In this document: positions 28,554 through 38,648 of the stretch, piece by piece
Numbering within the stretch: position 1 is the first letter of the stretch
Layout: every line of letters starts with the position of its first letter
Assembly (NCBI GenBank): GCA_900770165.1
Contig: CAAGJJ010000037.1
Location: forward strand, 3,113 to 67,112
Length of the DNA stretch: 64,000 nucleotides
Reading direction: 5' to 3'
Source of the DNA: Clostridia bacterium
GTDB lineage: Bacteria > Bacillota > Clostridia > Oscillospirales > Acutalibacteraceae
Made by a program: the position numbers and the translations under genes
The notes under the pieces: generated by a model
What the model was told of the DNA's origin: nothing
What the model saw: only the letters and a program-made list of their open reading frames with translations
Database searches by the model: none

Positions 28554-30773
28554 ATGTACGAAAGGTTGGACTTTATGTATGCTAGTAAGATAAAAAAAGA
28601 AAAAATTTTTTCTAAGGCTAAAAAAGGAGAAGTTTTCCCTCATATTAAAATAGAAAAAGATTTTTCTAAGGCTATAGATGAGGGTTATAATCCTGTAGAG
28701 GAAAAACTTAATGCTAATGCTAAGTGCTATACGTTTGATGATATGTACTCAATAGAAAAAGTATTAGACAGCTATTTTACTGGAAAAGAGAAAAAAATGT
28801 CTCAATATGAGGCAGTGAAATTATACAGGATACTTATGTTTGTCTATTATGGTATAAAAAGTATAGCACTATCATATAAAAAAAATGAGCCAAAAAATAT
28901 TACACCTGATAATCGTATTTTTTTCAAATATATTGCAAATGGAAAATACAGATATATTAAGAATAAATTAGCATACTTTTACACTGAATTATTGCCAAAT
29001 TTAGAAGTAGAAAGTGAGAGTCCGTTCAAAGATAACTTGAAAATAACAGAAAAAACTGAAAAAAAAATTAAAGAAAAGTATGATGCGTATAATGAAGAAG
29101 AAAGTAAAGTATCAGCTAATTTGAAAGAAAAAGATATAAAAAAATATGCTAAAACTATAAAAAAGATGCTTTCAACAACATTTATGCCAAAGTACAGTGT
29201 TAACAAAGTTATAGATAAAGAAAAAATTAAAGATTACGAATTAATTTATGACAAAGAATTTTATAGAAAACTCGAAAAAGAAAATATTGGCAAATATATA
29301 AACAACCCAATATTTATGAATCTTTTATCATCTGAAGAACGAATAAAATTGATTAGAACCTATAAAGTAATATTAAAAAGAAATGGAAAATCAAATATAA
29401 ATGAAGATCCAAAATATAAAATACAATTACCAAAACAAGAGGATAATGAAACCAATCTGCCAGAGGCAACCGAACAACAAGAAAATAATGAAACAAATCC
29501 GCCAGAAGCAATTACGTTTGACCCTGATTATAAAAATAAAAAGAACGTAACTTATATAAAGTCTGGCGTAATAAAGAATTCAGATGGCAATTTTACTTTA
29601 CACAAGATAGGAAAACCAACAACAGAAGGTGATAAGCCAGAAGACAAACCAGTTTTTGAGGCTCATAGTGCGTCAAATGGTACAGGTGCTAAAGCAGAAA
29701 TAACGCATTGTTTTATACGTTTTAGAGCAACAGAATACGATCCAGATGAAGCATCAAGTTCTAGCTCAGATAAAAAATCAAAGCATAATCCATATAAGAG
29801 AAAGGTATATTCATTAGGTTTTTATCCTGCGCATTATTATGGATATGAAAGCAGTTCTGAGATTAAAGAGACAGATCTTTTTAAGAGGCTTACTAATAAG
29901 GTAATGGGTGGCCAGCCTTCTGTAAGAGGATTAATAATGGATGATAGCGAACACTATTCTCAAATAGCCATTACAAGGAAGTGTGATAATAAAAAAATTT
30001 CAAAATTAGATGAATGTATACATAATTTTGCGGATAAAGAACATTACAATTTGGCGTTAAATAACTGTACAGCATTTGTTTCGAAGATTTCTAAAGATAT
30101 TGGATATAGAGATATTTCTGGCTTGTTTAAAAATTTTGTATTGTATTCTCCTAATTTAGCAGCTGGAAAATTAGTAGATGCTATGATGTCAGGCAAATAT
30201 ACAAAAGATAAAGATACAAGTTTCAAAACTGAGGATTTTGTGAATAAATTATATGATGGTTATAATAATGAATCCAAAGAAAGACTATTAGCCGCACAAG
30301 GTGAGGATTTTTTTTCTAAGAAAAGTTCACATGGCATCTTATATGAAATGATGCATCAAGAACTTGGTTACACTTCATCAGATACAGATATAGAAAAGAA
30401 GGATGTAGCAGGGTTAGATGAAAAAGCTTACAAGGCATTTTGTGACACTTATAAAATTTATATAGAGCCTTTTTATGGACTTAGCAAATCATCTCAGAAA
30501 GATAAATACGAAATTTTAAGATTTTTTGTTGTAGCTGCAAGCAATTTTAGACTTTTAAAACAAAACAAAAATAATTTTGAAAATCTACCTAAGGATGCAA
30601 AGAGGAAAGCAGTAGAAAAGAAACGTAAAAAATATTTTGAAAGTTTAAGTAGTACACAAAAAGCAATGGAAAGGTTAAGGAAAATTGCTTTGAAACACAA
30701 GAACATACGTGCTTTCTTAATGACTAACTGTTTTGTAGATAGAATTGTTGCTGAAAAGGAAAAAACAATTTAG
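28554..30773 (+). CDS. Large Lys-rich hypothetical protein with a putative permuted papain-like His...Cys domain
   Basis: 739 aa, no signal peptide or TM helices. An internal EDNETNLPEA / ENNETNPPEA repeat. The central region (HCFIRF ... YNLALNNCTAFVSKISKDIGY) resembles the PPPDE/DeSI (peptidase C97) or LRAT-like His/Cys arrangement. Confidence 0.55.
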   Translation: MYERLDFMYASKIKKEKIFSKAKKGEVFPHIKIEKDFSKAIDEGYNPVEEKLNANAKCYTFDDMYSIEKVLDSYFTGKEKKMSQYEAVKLYRILMFVYYGIKSIALSYKKNEPKNITPDNRIFFKYIANGKYRYIKNKLAYFYTELLPNLEVESESPFKDNLKITEKTEKKIKEKYDAYNEEESKVSANLKEKDIKKYAKTIKKMLSTTFMPKYSVNKVIDKEKIKDYELIYDKEFYRKLEKENIGKYINNPIFMNLLSSEERIKLIRTYKVILKRNGKSNINEDPKYKIQLPKQEDNETNLPEATEQQENNETNPPEAITFDPDYKNKKNVTYIKSGVIKNSDGNFTLHKIGKPTTEGDKPEDKPVFEAHSASNGTGAKAEITHCFIRFRATEYDPDEASSSSSDKKSKHNPYKRKVYSLGFYPAHYYGYESSSEIKETDLFKRLTNKVMGGQPSVRGLIMDDSEHYSQIAITRKCDNKKISKLDECIHNFADKEHYNLALNNCTAFVSKISKDIGYRDISGLFKNFVLYSPNLAAGKLVDAMMSGKYTKDKDTSFKTEDFVNKLYDGYNNESKERLLAAQGEDFFSKKSSHGILYEMMHQELGYTSSDTDIEKKDVAGLDEKAYKAFCDTYKIYIEPFYGLSKSSQKDKYEILRFFVVAASNFRLLKQNKNNFENLPKDAKRKAVEKKRKKYFESLSSTQKAMERLRKIALKHKNIRAFLMTNCFVDRIVAEKEKTI

Positions 30774-31294
30774 ACATGAAAAGTTCAGACAAATAGTTCA
30801 AATTCATAGTTAACCAAAAGAATATAAAGTATATTCGATTTCTAAAAAGCGATGCACTAATTTGGTAATGCTAAATAACATTGAAAAATAAATTGTATAA
30901 AATTTATAATGCTATAAATGCAAATTTGAGATTCATTAGATGTTTACTCATTGTGTCTACAGAAAAAATTAGTATTATATTTATAATATAAAAATGCAAT
31001 TAATAGTATAAGAGAGTTAATTCATGTGTAATTGAAAGAAAATCAAAGAGATTAAAATTATCAAAGCTCGTACATATGAAAATGATGCATTAGAGAAGTT
31101 AAAGAAAGAATACAAAAAGCCTACGTATTAAATTCAAACAAGAATGTTTTTTAAATTTTCAATTAAGCATCGGTGAGGGTGTTGGGTTATTAGGAAATAT
31201 CAATCTTTTATTTATAGGTGTGCAACTTATTATCAATCGAGGTGTAAACGTTGATGTATTTATGCAACCGATAGGGGTAGATTAATTACTAGAA

Positions 31295-31335
31295 TTAGAG
31301 CAAAAAAGCCGCCAAGACAAGTCTGCGTATTGTCT
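31295..31335 (-). terminator. Orphan intrinsic terminator on the minus strand, in a region with no ORFs
   Basis: Minus-strand gccaagacaa-tacgcagac-ttgtcttggc followed by ggctttttt. Confidence 0.6.
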
Positions 31336-32070
31336 TGGCTATGTGATTATAGGAAAATGAAATTATAAATGTATATTTAAAAATTGGATTAATTTTATTA
31401 AGCTTAGCTTCATTTGTGTGTGATCTAATAAAAAGGATACAAAACAATATAAGACAAAATACGAATTAATATATAGAACAATAGAAACTTATCTAATCTT
31501 TTATTACTGATTGGTATAATAGTAGATTTAATTAAATAATAATTTGAAATAAATTTGTATAATGGATATTATAGGTATAATTACTCTTCATGTTTGCAAT
31601 ATACTTAGGAGTAATGGATTAGTGAATACAATAATTGAGCAATTGTTGTTGTAATTTTTAGAATAGAAAGTCAAGTATAAAGATTTGAAATTATATCTAT
31701 TTTCTTTATACAATAAATATCCCCACGCACAGCATGGGGACATTTATTTATATTATATTTTAACTGAAAAGTGCGATAGTGATATTTTAAAGGCACGCAA
31801 ATTTAAAGTATAAATTTAGAAATAAACACTTCTGGGAGGAAGAATATTACGTTAGTGCAGTATGATTAAATACTGCAACAATACAAAAATATATTAGGGA
31901 GCAAGAAAAAGAAGATAGGATTATAGACAAATTTAAAACTAAGGAATACGTAAACTATTTTAAGAGTGGCAAATAATCAGTCCTCTTAGGCTTGAACATA
32001 GTGAAAGTAAGCACGCCTTGAGATGGTTGGCACTCTCATACCATTTATAGAGCTTTTCATACCGTGTCTT

Positions 32071-34440
32071 TTAGATGTGGTTATGATTTATTAATTTTCC
32101 TAAAGATTTTAGAGTACATATAAATATAGCAGTAGATAATATAAGTAAGAATATTAGTATAAATAAAGATTTAGCATTTAATAGTGCAAGTGAAAATATT
32201 TCTCTACCAAATATAATTCCTGCTGCGAACCCACTAGACATTAATATTATAAGTACTTTTCTTATGTTGTTTAATGGTAGAGATATTTTAAAGAGTAAGA
32301 GTAAACCTGTATATCCAGTTAAAATTACCGAAATAGTTAAAAATTCTTCTATGCTTAATTTAAAAATGTTTGTTGCTAATATGACTGATAAAATGTTAAG
32401 TACAACACTTATTGCTGCAGGAATAGACTTACTAATTATATTTATAAAAAAGTTACCTTTTATTCTTTCATTATTAGGCTCTAAAGCTAAGATGAAAGAT
32501 GGTATACCAATTGTAAACATACTTATTAATGTCATTTGTATTGGCATAAATGGGTAAGGCATATTTATAAATATGAATAGAATAGATAATAATAAAGAAT
32601 ACAATGTTTTAACAAGGAATAGTGAAGCAGACCTTTGAATATTATTTATAGATCGACGTCCTTCTGCAACAACTTTTGGCATGGAATCAAAACAGGAGTT
32701 TAAAAGAACAAGTTGAGATACATTTCTAGCGGCGTCGCTTCCAGATGCCATTGCAACACTACAATCTGCTTCTTTTAAGGCTAATACATCATTAACACCG
32801 TCACCTGTCATAGCTACCGTACGCCCTTGATCTTTTAGAGCAACAATTAATTTTTTCTTTTGCTGCGGTGTTACTCTTCCAAATACGGAATATTTTTGAG
32901 CTGCTTGTTTTAAGTCTTCGTCATTCTCAAGAGTTGTAGCATCAATATAATTATCTGCATTGTCTAATCCAGCAGCTTTTGCAACATTTGAAACAGTTAA
33001 TACATTGTCTCCAGATATTATTTTTATATTTACTCCTTGCTCTTTAAAGTATTTTAAAGTTTCTTTTGCTTGTTTTCTTATTTTATCGTTAATAATTATA
33101 AATGCTATTGGATAAGTATCTTTTGGAATATCTTCTCCATTAAAATCGTTGTTAGAATGAGCTAATATTAAAACTCTATTTTTAGATGTATACTCTTTTA
33201 ATTCATCTTCTATTTCCGATATATTATTATTTAATATAAATTCTGCAGCACCTAAGATAAAGCTACCTTCATTTTTAAAATATACTCCGGACCATTTTTT
33301 CTCAGATGAGAATGGGACGGATTTAATTGCATCGTAAACTTTTTTGTTTCCAAATTTATCTCTAATAGCATTAAATGTTGGATTGTTATCATTTAATGCG
33401 TAAACCATAGAAGACATAATTTCGTTTATCTTGTGCGAGAAAGACTTATCAATTTCAACAGTGTTAATAACTTCCATATTACCATCTGTTATAGTACCGG
33501 TTTTATCGAGACATAATGTGTCTACTCTAGCTAATGTTTCTATGCAGTATAATTCTTGGACTAAAACTTTTTGCTTCGATAATCTTATAACACCAACTGC
33601 AAGAACAGTGCTTGTTAAAAGGATAAGACCCTCGGGAATCATTCCTATTAAAGCAGCAACAGTATGTACAACGGCATTCTGATATGTATTAGACTCAACA
33701 ATATTAAACTGTTTATAAAATAACATTATACCTAATGGTATTATTATGAAAGAAATAATTTTAATAATTAAATTTAATGTGTACATTATTTCTGAGTTTA
33801 CTTTTTTTATATATTTTGCATCATTAGAAATTTTAGCTGCGTAGTTTTGATTACCTATATGTTCTATTTTAGCCTTGCAACTTCCGCTTACAATAAAGCT
33901 GCCAGATAAAAGCATATCTCCTTTCTTTTTTGTAATAGGATCAGATTCACCGGTTAATAAAGACTCATTAACTTCGCATTTTCCGTCGACAACAATACAA
34001 TCTGAAACGATTTGATTTCCATTTTTTAAATATACAATATCATCAAGAACTAATTCTTTTATTGGAATATGCTCTATTTTACTATTTCTTACAACGTTTA
34101 CTTTTGTTGAAGATATTAATGAAAGTTTATCTACAGCTTTTTTGGCTCGTATTTCTTGAAATGTACCTATTAGTGTATTGCAAATTATAACTCCAATAAA
34201 TAATAAATTTTTATAAGATCCTACACATAATATTGCAATAGCTAATAATATATTTAATATATTGAAAAGTGTAACGATATTTTCAAAAAATATTCTTGGT
34301 ATTGTTTTTGTAGGTACAGTTGTATCATTATTTACTAGATTGTCTTTTTTTCTTTGATTAATTTGATCAGTTGAAAGTCCTGAATTGCAATCTGGATTGT
34401 ACCTTACTATTTCATCCGTAGTTTTTAGAGCTTTTTTCAT
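32071..34440 (-). CDS. P2-type cation-transporting P-type ATPase (Ca2+/Mg2+ family)
   Basis: DKTGTIT phosphorylation motif, the IPEGL motif, and the TGDGVNDVLALKEADCSVAM hinge. Confidence 0.88.
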   Translation of the reverse strand: MKKALKTTDEIVRYNPDCNSGLSTDQINQRKKDNLVNNDTTVPTKTIPRIFFENIVTLFNILNILLAIAILCVGSYKNLLFIGVIICNTLIGTFQEIRAKKAVDKLSLISSTKVNVVRNSKIEHIPIKELVLDDIVYLKNGNQIVSDCIVVDGKCEVNESLLTGESDPITKKKGDMLLSGSFIVSGSCKAKIEHIGNQNYAAKISNDAKYIKKVNSEIMYTLNLIIKIISFIIIPLGIMLFYKQFNIVESNTYQNAVVHTVAALIGMIPEGLILLTSTVLAVGVIRLSKQKVLVQELYCIETLARVDTLCLDKTGTITDGNMEVINTVEIDKSFSHKINEIMSSMVYALNDNNPTFNAIRDKFGNKKVYDAIKSVPFSSEKKWSGVYFKNEGSFILGAAEFILNNNISEIEDELKEYTSKNRVLILAHSNNDFNGEDIPKDTYPIAFIIINDKIRKQAKETLKYFKEQGVNIKIISGDNVLTVSNVAKAAGLDNADNYIDATTLENDEDLKQAAQKYSVFGRVTPQQKKKLIVALKDQGRTVAMTGDGVNDVLALKEADCSVAMASGSDAARNVSQLVLLNSCFDSMPKVVAEGRRSINNIQRSASLFLVKTLYSLLLSILFIFINMPYPFMPIQMTLISMFTIGIPSFILALEPNNERIKGNFFINIISKSIPAAISVVLNILSVILATNIFKLSIEEFLTISVILTGYTGLLLLFKISLPLNNIRKVLIILMSSGFAAGIIFGREIFSLALLNAKSLFILIFLLILSTAIFICTLKSLGKLINHNHI

Positions 34441-34584
34441 TTTATACTCCTAATATTATTATTTAATTCATAAATGTAAATACAAAAGTATTATTTACTT
34501 TAATGTACATTATATAAGTATATTTTCTTATTGTCAATTGCTATAGATATAAAGCGATATAATATAGTTTCAGGAGGGAATTGT

Positions 34585-34875
34585 ATGCATTGTAGGATTG
34601 TAGACATAAAAAATAAAGAAGTAATAAATATAAAAGATGGCTCCAGATTAGGATGTATAAATGAATTAGAAATAGATATGAATTGTGCAAAAATAGTAGC
34701 AATTGTAATTTTCGGTAGACCTAAATGTTTTGGAATTTTTGGACGCGAGGAAGACATTATAATAAGGTGGGATCAAATTGAGATAATAGGTGATGATGCT
34801 ATACTAGTGTCATTTAACTGTAGAGCAAGGCAAAAGAGACGTACAGGATTTTTTAGAAAAATGTTTCCAAAATAA
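34585..34875 (+). CDS. ylmC: YlmC/YmxH-family sporulation protein (PRC-barrel); start taken at MHCRIVDIK
   Basis: The KEVINIKDGSRLGCI...IIGDDAILV pattern is typical of the family; RBS aggaggg. Confidence 0.7.
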   Translation: MHCRIVDIKNKEVINIKDGSRLGCINELEIDMNCAKIVAIVIFGRPKCFGIFGREEDIIIRWDQIEIIGDDAILVSFNCRARQKRRTGFFRKMFPK

Positions 34876-34917
34876 TAATATCTATTTATAATTTAAAAGC
34901 TTTTCTGGGGTGAGGCA

Positions 34918-35622
34918 GTGAAAAGAAGATTTTTTTATATTTCAGCTGGATTAATTATAATATTAACTGTTTTTTTTATGTATATGGCATATCACTCATT
35001 ATATAAACAAGTTTCAGGTAAAGTAAACAATTGTACATATAATATTATATTAGATGCAGGCCATGGAGGTGAAGATGGGGGAGCAGTAGGTGCAGACGGT
35101 ACTATGGAAAAGGATATCAATTTGTCTATAACTAAAAAACTTCAACAATTATTTTTAACATCAGGGTTTAATGTTAAAATGATAAGAGATTCAGATATAT
35201 CAGTTTATAGCGATGAAATGAATACTATAAAAGAAAAGAAAGTTTCTGATTTAAAAAATAGATTAAATATTGCAAATGAAAACGAAAACAACATATTAAT
35301 AAGTATACATCAAAATAAATTTCCGAAAAGTAAGTATAATGGCACTCAAGTTTTTTATTCTGAAAATAACCCTAAAAGTAAAGAATTAGCCAATAATATA
35401 AAAGAATCTGTTATAGGTTTTTTACAATCAGATAATAAAAGAGAAATAAAACCTGCTACTAAGGATATATATATTCTTTATAATTGCAAAAATGTTGCTG
35501 TAATGGTTGAATGTGGTTTTTTATCTAACGATTTAGAATTACAAAAGCTAAAAGATGAGAAATATCAAAATAAAATTGCTTTTAGTATTTATTGTGGCTT
35601 TTTAGAATATCTTAAAAATTAA
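34918..35622 (+). CDS. cwlD: N-acetylmuramoyl-L-alanine amidase, CwlD-like (GTG start)
   Basis: Amidase_3 motif ILDAGHGGEDGGAVG, a single N-terminal TM helix, 234 aa. Confidence 0.75.
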   Translation: MKRRFFYISAGLIIILTVFFMYMAYHSLYKQVSGKVNNCTYNIILDAGHGGEDGGAVGADGTMEKDINLSITKKLQQLFLTSGFNVKMIRDSDISVYSDEMNTIKEKKVSDLKNRLNIANENENNILISIHQNKFPKSKYNGTQVFYSENNPKSKELANNIKESVIGFLQSDNKREIKPATKDIYILYNCKNVAVMVECGFLSNDLELQKLKDEKYQNKIAFSIYCGFLEYLKN

Positions 35623-35624
35623 AA

Positions 35625-35652
35625 AGGATGAATCAAATATTTGATTCATCCT
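35625..35652. terminator. Bidirectional terminator between cwlD and rpmB
   Basis: aggatgaatcaaatatttgattcatcct. Confidence 0.7.
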
Positions 35653-35672
35653 AGAAATTTCCTATTATATTT

Positions 35673-35861
35673 TTACACTGCACGTGTAACTTTGCCAGAA
35701 CGAAGACAACGGGTACAAGCATGTATACGCTTAGGTGTACCGTTTACAACTGCTCTAACACGTCTAATATTAGGCTTCCAAGTTCTGTTGGAACGTCTAT
35801 GTGAATGAGAAACTCTAATACCAAAGGAAACATCTTTACCACAAATATCGCACTTTGCCAT
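35673..35861 (-). CDS. rpmB: 50S ribosomal protein L28
   Basis: MAKCDICGK...RRSNRTWKPN matches L28. Confidence 0.92.
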   Translation of the reverse strand: MAKCDICGKDVSFGIRVSHSHRRSNRTWKPNIRRVRAVVNGTPKRIHACTRCLRSGKVTRAV

Positions 35862-36035
35862 TATATTCGAACCTCCTTAAATCCCAGATAAATAGATAAC
35901 ATTAATATCTTATCAGATTTAATTTGTAATTGCAAGGATTTTTTAATGTTATAAAAATATTGATTTGTTTTACTTTGAAATTTTTATACATTGTGATAAA
36001 ATGAAAAATATAAATTTTGAAGGGAAAAAGTCGTT

Positions 36036-36524
36036 ATGAATCGTAAAGATAAAGAAAATTATTATTTAGATATTGCAAAAACAGTGCTAGAAAGAGGTAC
36101 ATGTTTAAGGCGAAACTATGGAGCGATAATTGTTAAAAATGATCAAATAGTATCATCTGGGTATAGTGGTGCACCAAGAGGACGTAAAAATTGTTCAGAT
36201 TTAGGTTCTTGTATTCGTGAATCTATGAAAATACCTCGAGGTGAAAGATATGAAATTTGCAGATCAGTTCATGCAGAAGCCAATGCTATTATACATGCAT
36301 CTAGGGCAGATATGATTGGTGCGACGTTATACTTAGTTGGAAAAGATGTTATATCTGGTGAATATGTAAAAAATGCATCATCTTGCTCTATGTGCAAAAG
36401 GCTTATAATAAATTCAGGAATTAAAAAGGTTATTATAAGAAATAATGAAACTGATTATAGTGTTGTAGATGTAAATGATTGGATACTAAATGATGAGTCT
36501 TTAACAGGTAGGTTTGGTTATTAA
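36036..36524 (+). CDS. comEB: dCMP deaminase (ComEB-type)
   Basis: HAEANAI zinc-binding motif and a CSMC motif. Confidence 0.85.
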   Translation: MNRKDKENYYLDIAKTVLERGTCLRRNYGAIIVKNDQIVSSGYSGAPRGRKNCSDLGSCIRESMKIPRGERYEICRSVHAEANAIIHASRADMIGATLYLVGKDVISGEYVKNASSCSMCKRLIINSGIKKVIIRNNETDYSVVDVNDWILNDESLTGRFGY

Positions 36525-36561
36525 AAAATTTTTAAAGTTTTTGTTTTTGGGGAGACTAGTT

Positions 36562-37155
36562 ATGAAAATTAATAAAAACTATAAAATAGGGTTACGTGCA
36601 GTTAAAACTGCAATTGCAGTATCTTTATGTATGTTAATGACTTATATATTTAAAATTGATGAAGCATTTATAGCTGCATTTGCTGCAATAATATGTATGC
36701 AACCAACTTATAACCAAACGTTTAAATCTGGCCTTAATAGAATGTTTGGAACTGTTTTAGGTGGAGTTATTGGTTATGCTCTTCTTGAACTGGCTACATT
36801 TATACCGTTATATCAATCTTGGTGGAATGTAATACTTGCACCTGTATGTCTTTTAATTGTTATTTATTTATGTAACATGTTTAATAAACAACCATCTGTT
36901 TCTATTGCATGCATTGTTTTACTTTGTTGTATAGCGCAGCCTGCGGAAACAATAAATGATACCTTTATATATGTTGTAAATAGAGTGTTAACAACTACTA
37001 TTGGAATAGTAATTGCTATGTTAGTTAATAAATTTTTGTGGCCAAAAAGATCTAAACAAGAATATGACAAGGCTATTAATAATTTGGTAGAAAATTCAAA
37101 AAAAGATGAAGATTCTAATAGTTCGAAAGATGAAATGGAAGATCAAGAAAAATAA
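36562..37155 (+). CDS. Integral membrane protein (FUSC/aromatic-acid-exporter-like fragment family)
   Basis: Four to five predicted TM helices and an acidic C-tail; the ATG at 36562 is preceded by ggggag. Confidence 0.5.
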   Translation: MKINKNYKIGLRAVKTAIAVSLCMLMTYIFKIDEAFIAAFAAIICMQPTYNQTFKSGLNRMFGTVLGGVIGYALLELATFIPLYQSWWNVILAPVCLLIVIYLCNMFNKQPSVSIACIVLLCCIAQPAETINDTFIYVVNRVLTTTIGIVIAMLVNKFLWPKRSKQEYDKAINNLVENSKKDEDSNSSKDEMEDQEK

Positions 37156-37283
37156 GTTAAAAATCTTACTTTGTAAGTATTTATTTAAATTTAATTAGTA
37201 ATATTATTCTGAATAACCTAAAATAAAAAATAATCTTCTTTTTATGTGGAAAAGTATTTATATAGGAAAAAGGAGATGAAAAA

Positions 37284-38528
37284 ATGAAAAGGTTTTTTAG
37301 AATATTTGCTTCCTTTGCTACTTTATTATGCACAATAATAATGGGCTTTATTATATATGTTTGTAATCATGTGCCTACAGAATATCAATCTGTTACAGAT
37401 ACAGATGTCGAGATTAAATGCTACATGCCTTTAAAAGCGAAAAAAGTTTATACAGTAGATTCAGTGAATACGACGTCAAGTAATATATCAGGTAAAGCTT
37501 CATATAATGCCAATTTAATGCTAATGGGATCTATTCCTGTAAAAAACGTTAATGTGGAAACGGTGGAAGAGACAAAAGTAACTCCATGTGGGACACCTTT
37601 TGGAATTAAAATTTTTACAAAAGGTGTTATTGTTATTGGAATGACCAACGTACAAACATCTAACGGAATGCTAAATCCGGCTCTAGAAGCCGGCCTTAGA
37701 GAAGGTGACGTTATAGTTGAAGTTAATGATCAACAAGTAAATAGCAATGAGGAGTTTGCCAATATTATACAAAATAATGGAGAGTCTGAGATTAAGTTAT
37801 CTGTTTTAAGAGATAATGTTACTATTGAAACATTATTAACTCCTGTGAAATCTTGTTTAGATAGCACATATAAAATAGGCCTATGGGTAAGAGACAGTTC
37901 GGCGGGAATTGGTTCATTAACGTTTTACAATGAAGATACGGGAGACTTTGCAGGTTTAGGACATGGAATATGTGATGTGGATACTGGAGAATTAATGCCA
38001 TTAATGCATGGTGATATAGTTAAAGCACATATTGCAGGAATTACAAAAGGTGAAAGAGGTAATCCAGGGGAGCTTAAAGGGTACTTTAGTGATTATAATC
38101 CTATAGGAACATTATCAGCGAATACTAATACAGGTATTTATGGAACATTGAATTCGGCTCCTATTGATAATGAAAAGATAGCTGTAGCAATGAAACAGCA
38201 AGTAAAAACAGGAAGTGCTAAAGTTTTAACTACTATATCTGGTGAAACACCAGATTACTATGAAATAGAAATTACAAATGTAAATTACAACGAAAATTGT
38301 CCAACAAAGAATATGGTAATAACAATAAAAGATGAAAGACTTTTAGAAGCTACAGGAGGAATAGTTCAAGGAATGAGTGGAAGTCCAATTATACAAGATG
38401 GAAAATTAGTTGGAGCGGTTACGCATGTATTTATAAATGATTCTAAAAAGGGATATGGTATATTTGCAGAAACAATGTTAAAAAATTCACAAGACTATCA
38501 TATTAAAGATCAACAAAAATCAGCATAA
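37284..38528 (+). CDS. spoIVB: SpoIVB peptidase (S55)
   Basis: PDZ domain (GLREGDVIVEVNDQ), catalytic GMSGSPI motif, and its position immediately upstream of spo0A. Confidence 0.88.
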   Translation: MKRFFRIFASFATLLCTIIMGFIIYVCNHVPTEYQSVTDTDVEIKCYMPLKAKKVYTVDSVNTTSSNISGKASYNANLMLMGSIPVKNVNVETVEETKVTPCGTPFGIKIFTKGVIVIGMTNVQTSNGMLNPALEAGLREGDVIVEVNDQQVNSNEEFANIIQNNGESEIKLSVLRDNVTIETLLTPVKSCLDSTYKIGLWVRDSSAGIGSLTFYNEDTGDFAGLGHGICDVDTGELMPLMHGDIVKAHIAGITKGERGNPGELKGYFSDYNPIGTLSANTNTGIYGTLNSAPIDNEKIAVAMKQQVKTGSAKVLTTISGETPDYYEIEITNVNYNENCPTKNMVITIKDERLLEATGGIVQGMSGSPIIQDGKLVGAVTHVFINDSKKGYGIFAETMLKNSQDYHIKDQQKSA

Positions 38529-38648
38529 TTTAAGAATTATAATTGTTATATCCTCCATTAAATAAAATATTTTCATACAATCTATTGCTAATAATTCCAA
38601 TATATGGTAATATTATTACATCATTAAACATTAACTGGAGGATAAAAT

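Noticed and set aside
31961-32035. Possible small structured RNA (long-range inverted repeat agagtggcaa...ttggcactct) downstream of the P-type ATPase
   Set aside because: It is a single imperfect stem with no recognisable family features or flanking promoter and terminator. It is kept only as a note inside the gene-graveyard finding.
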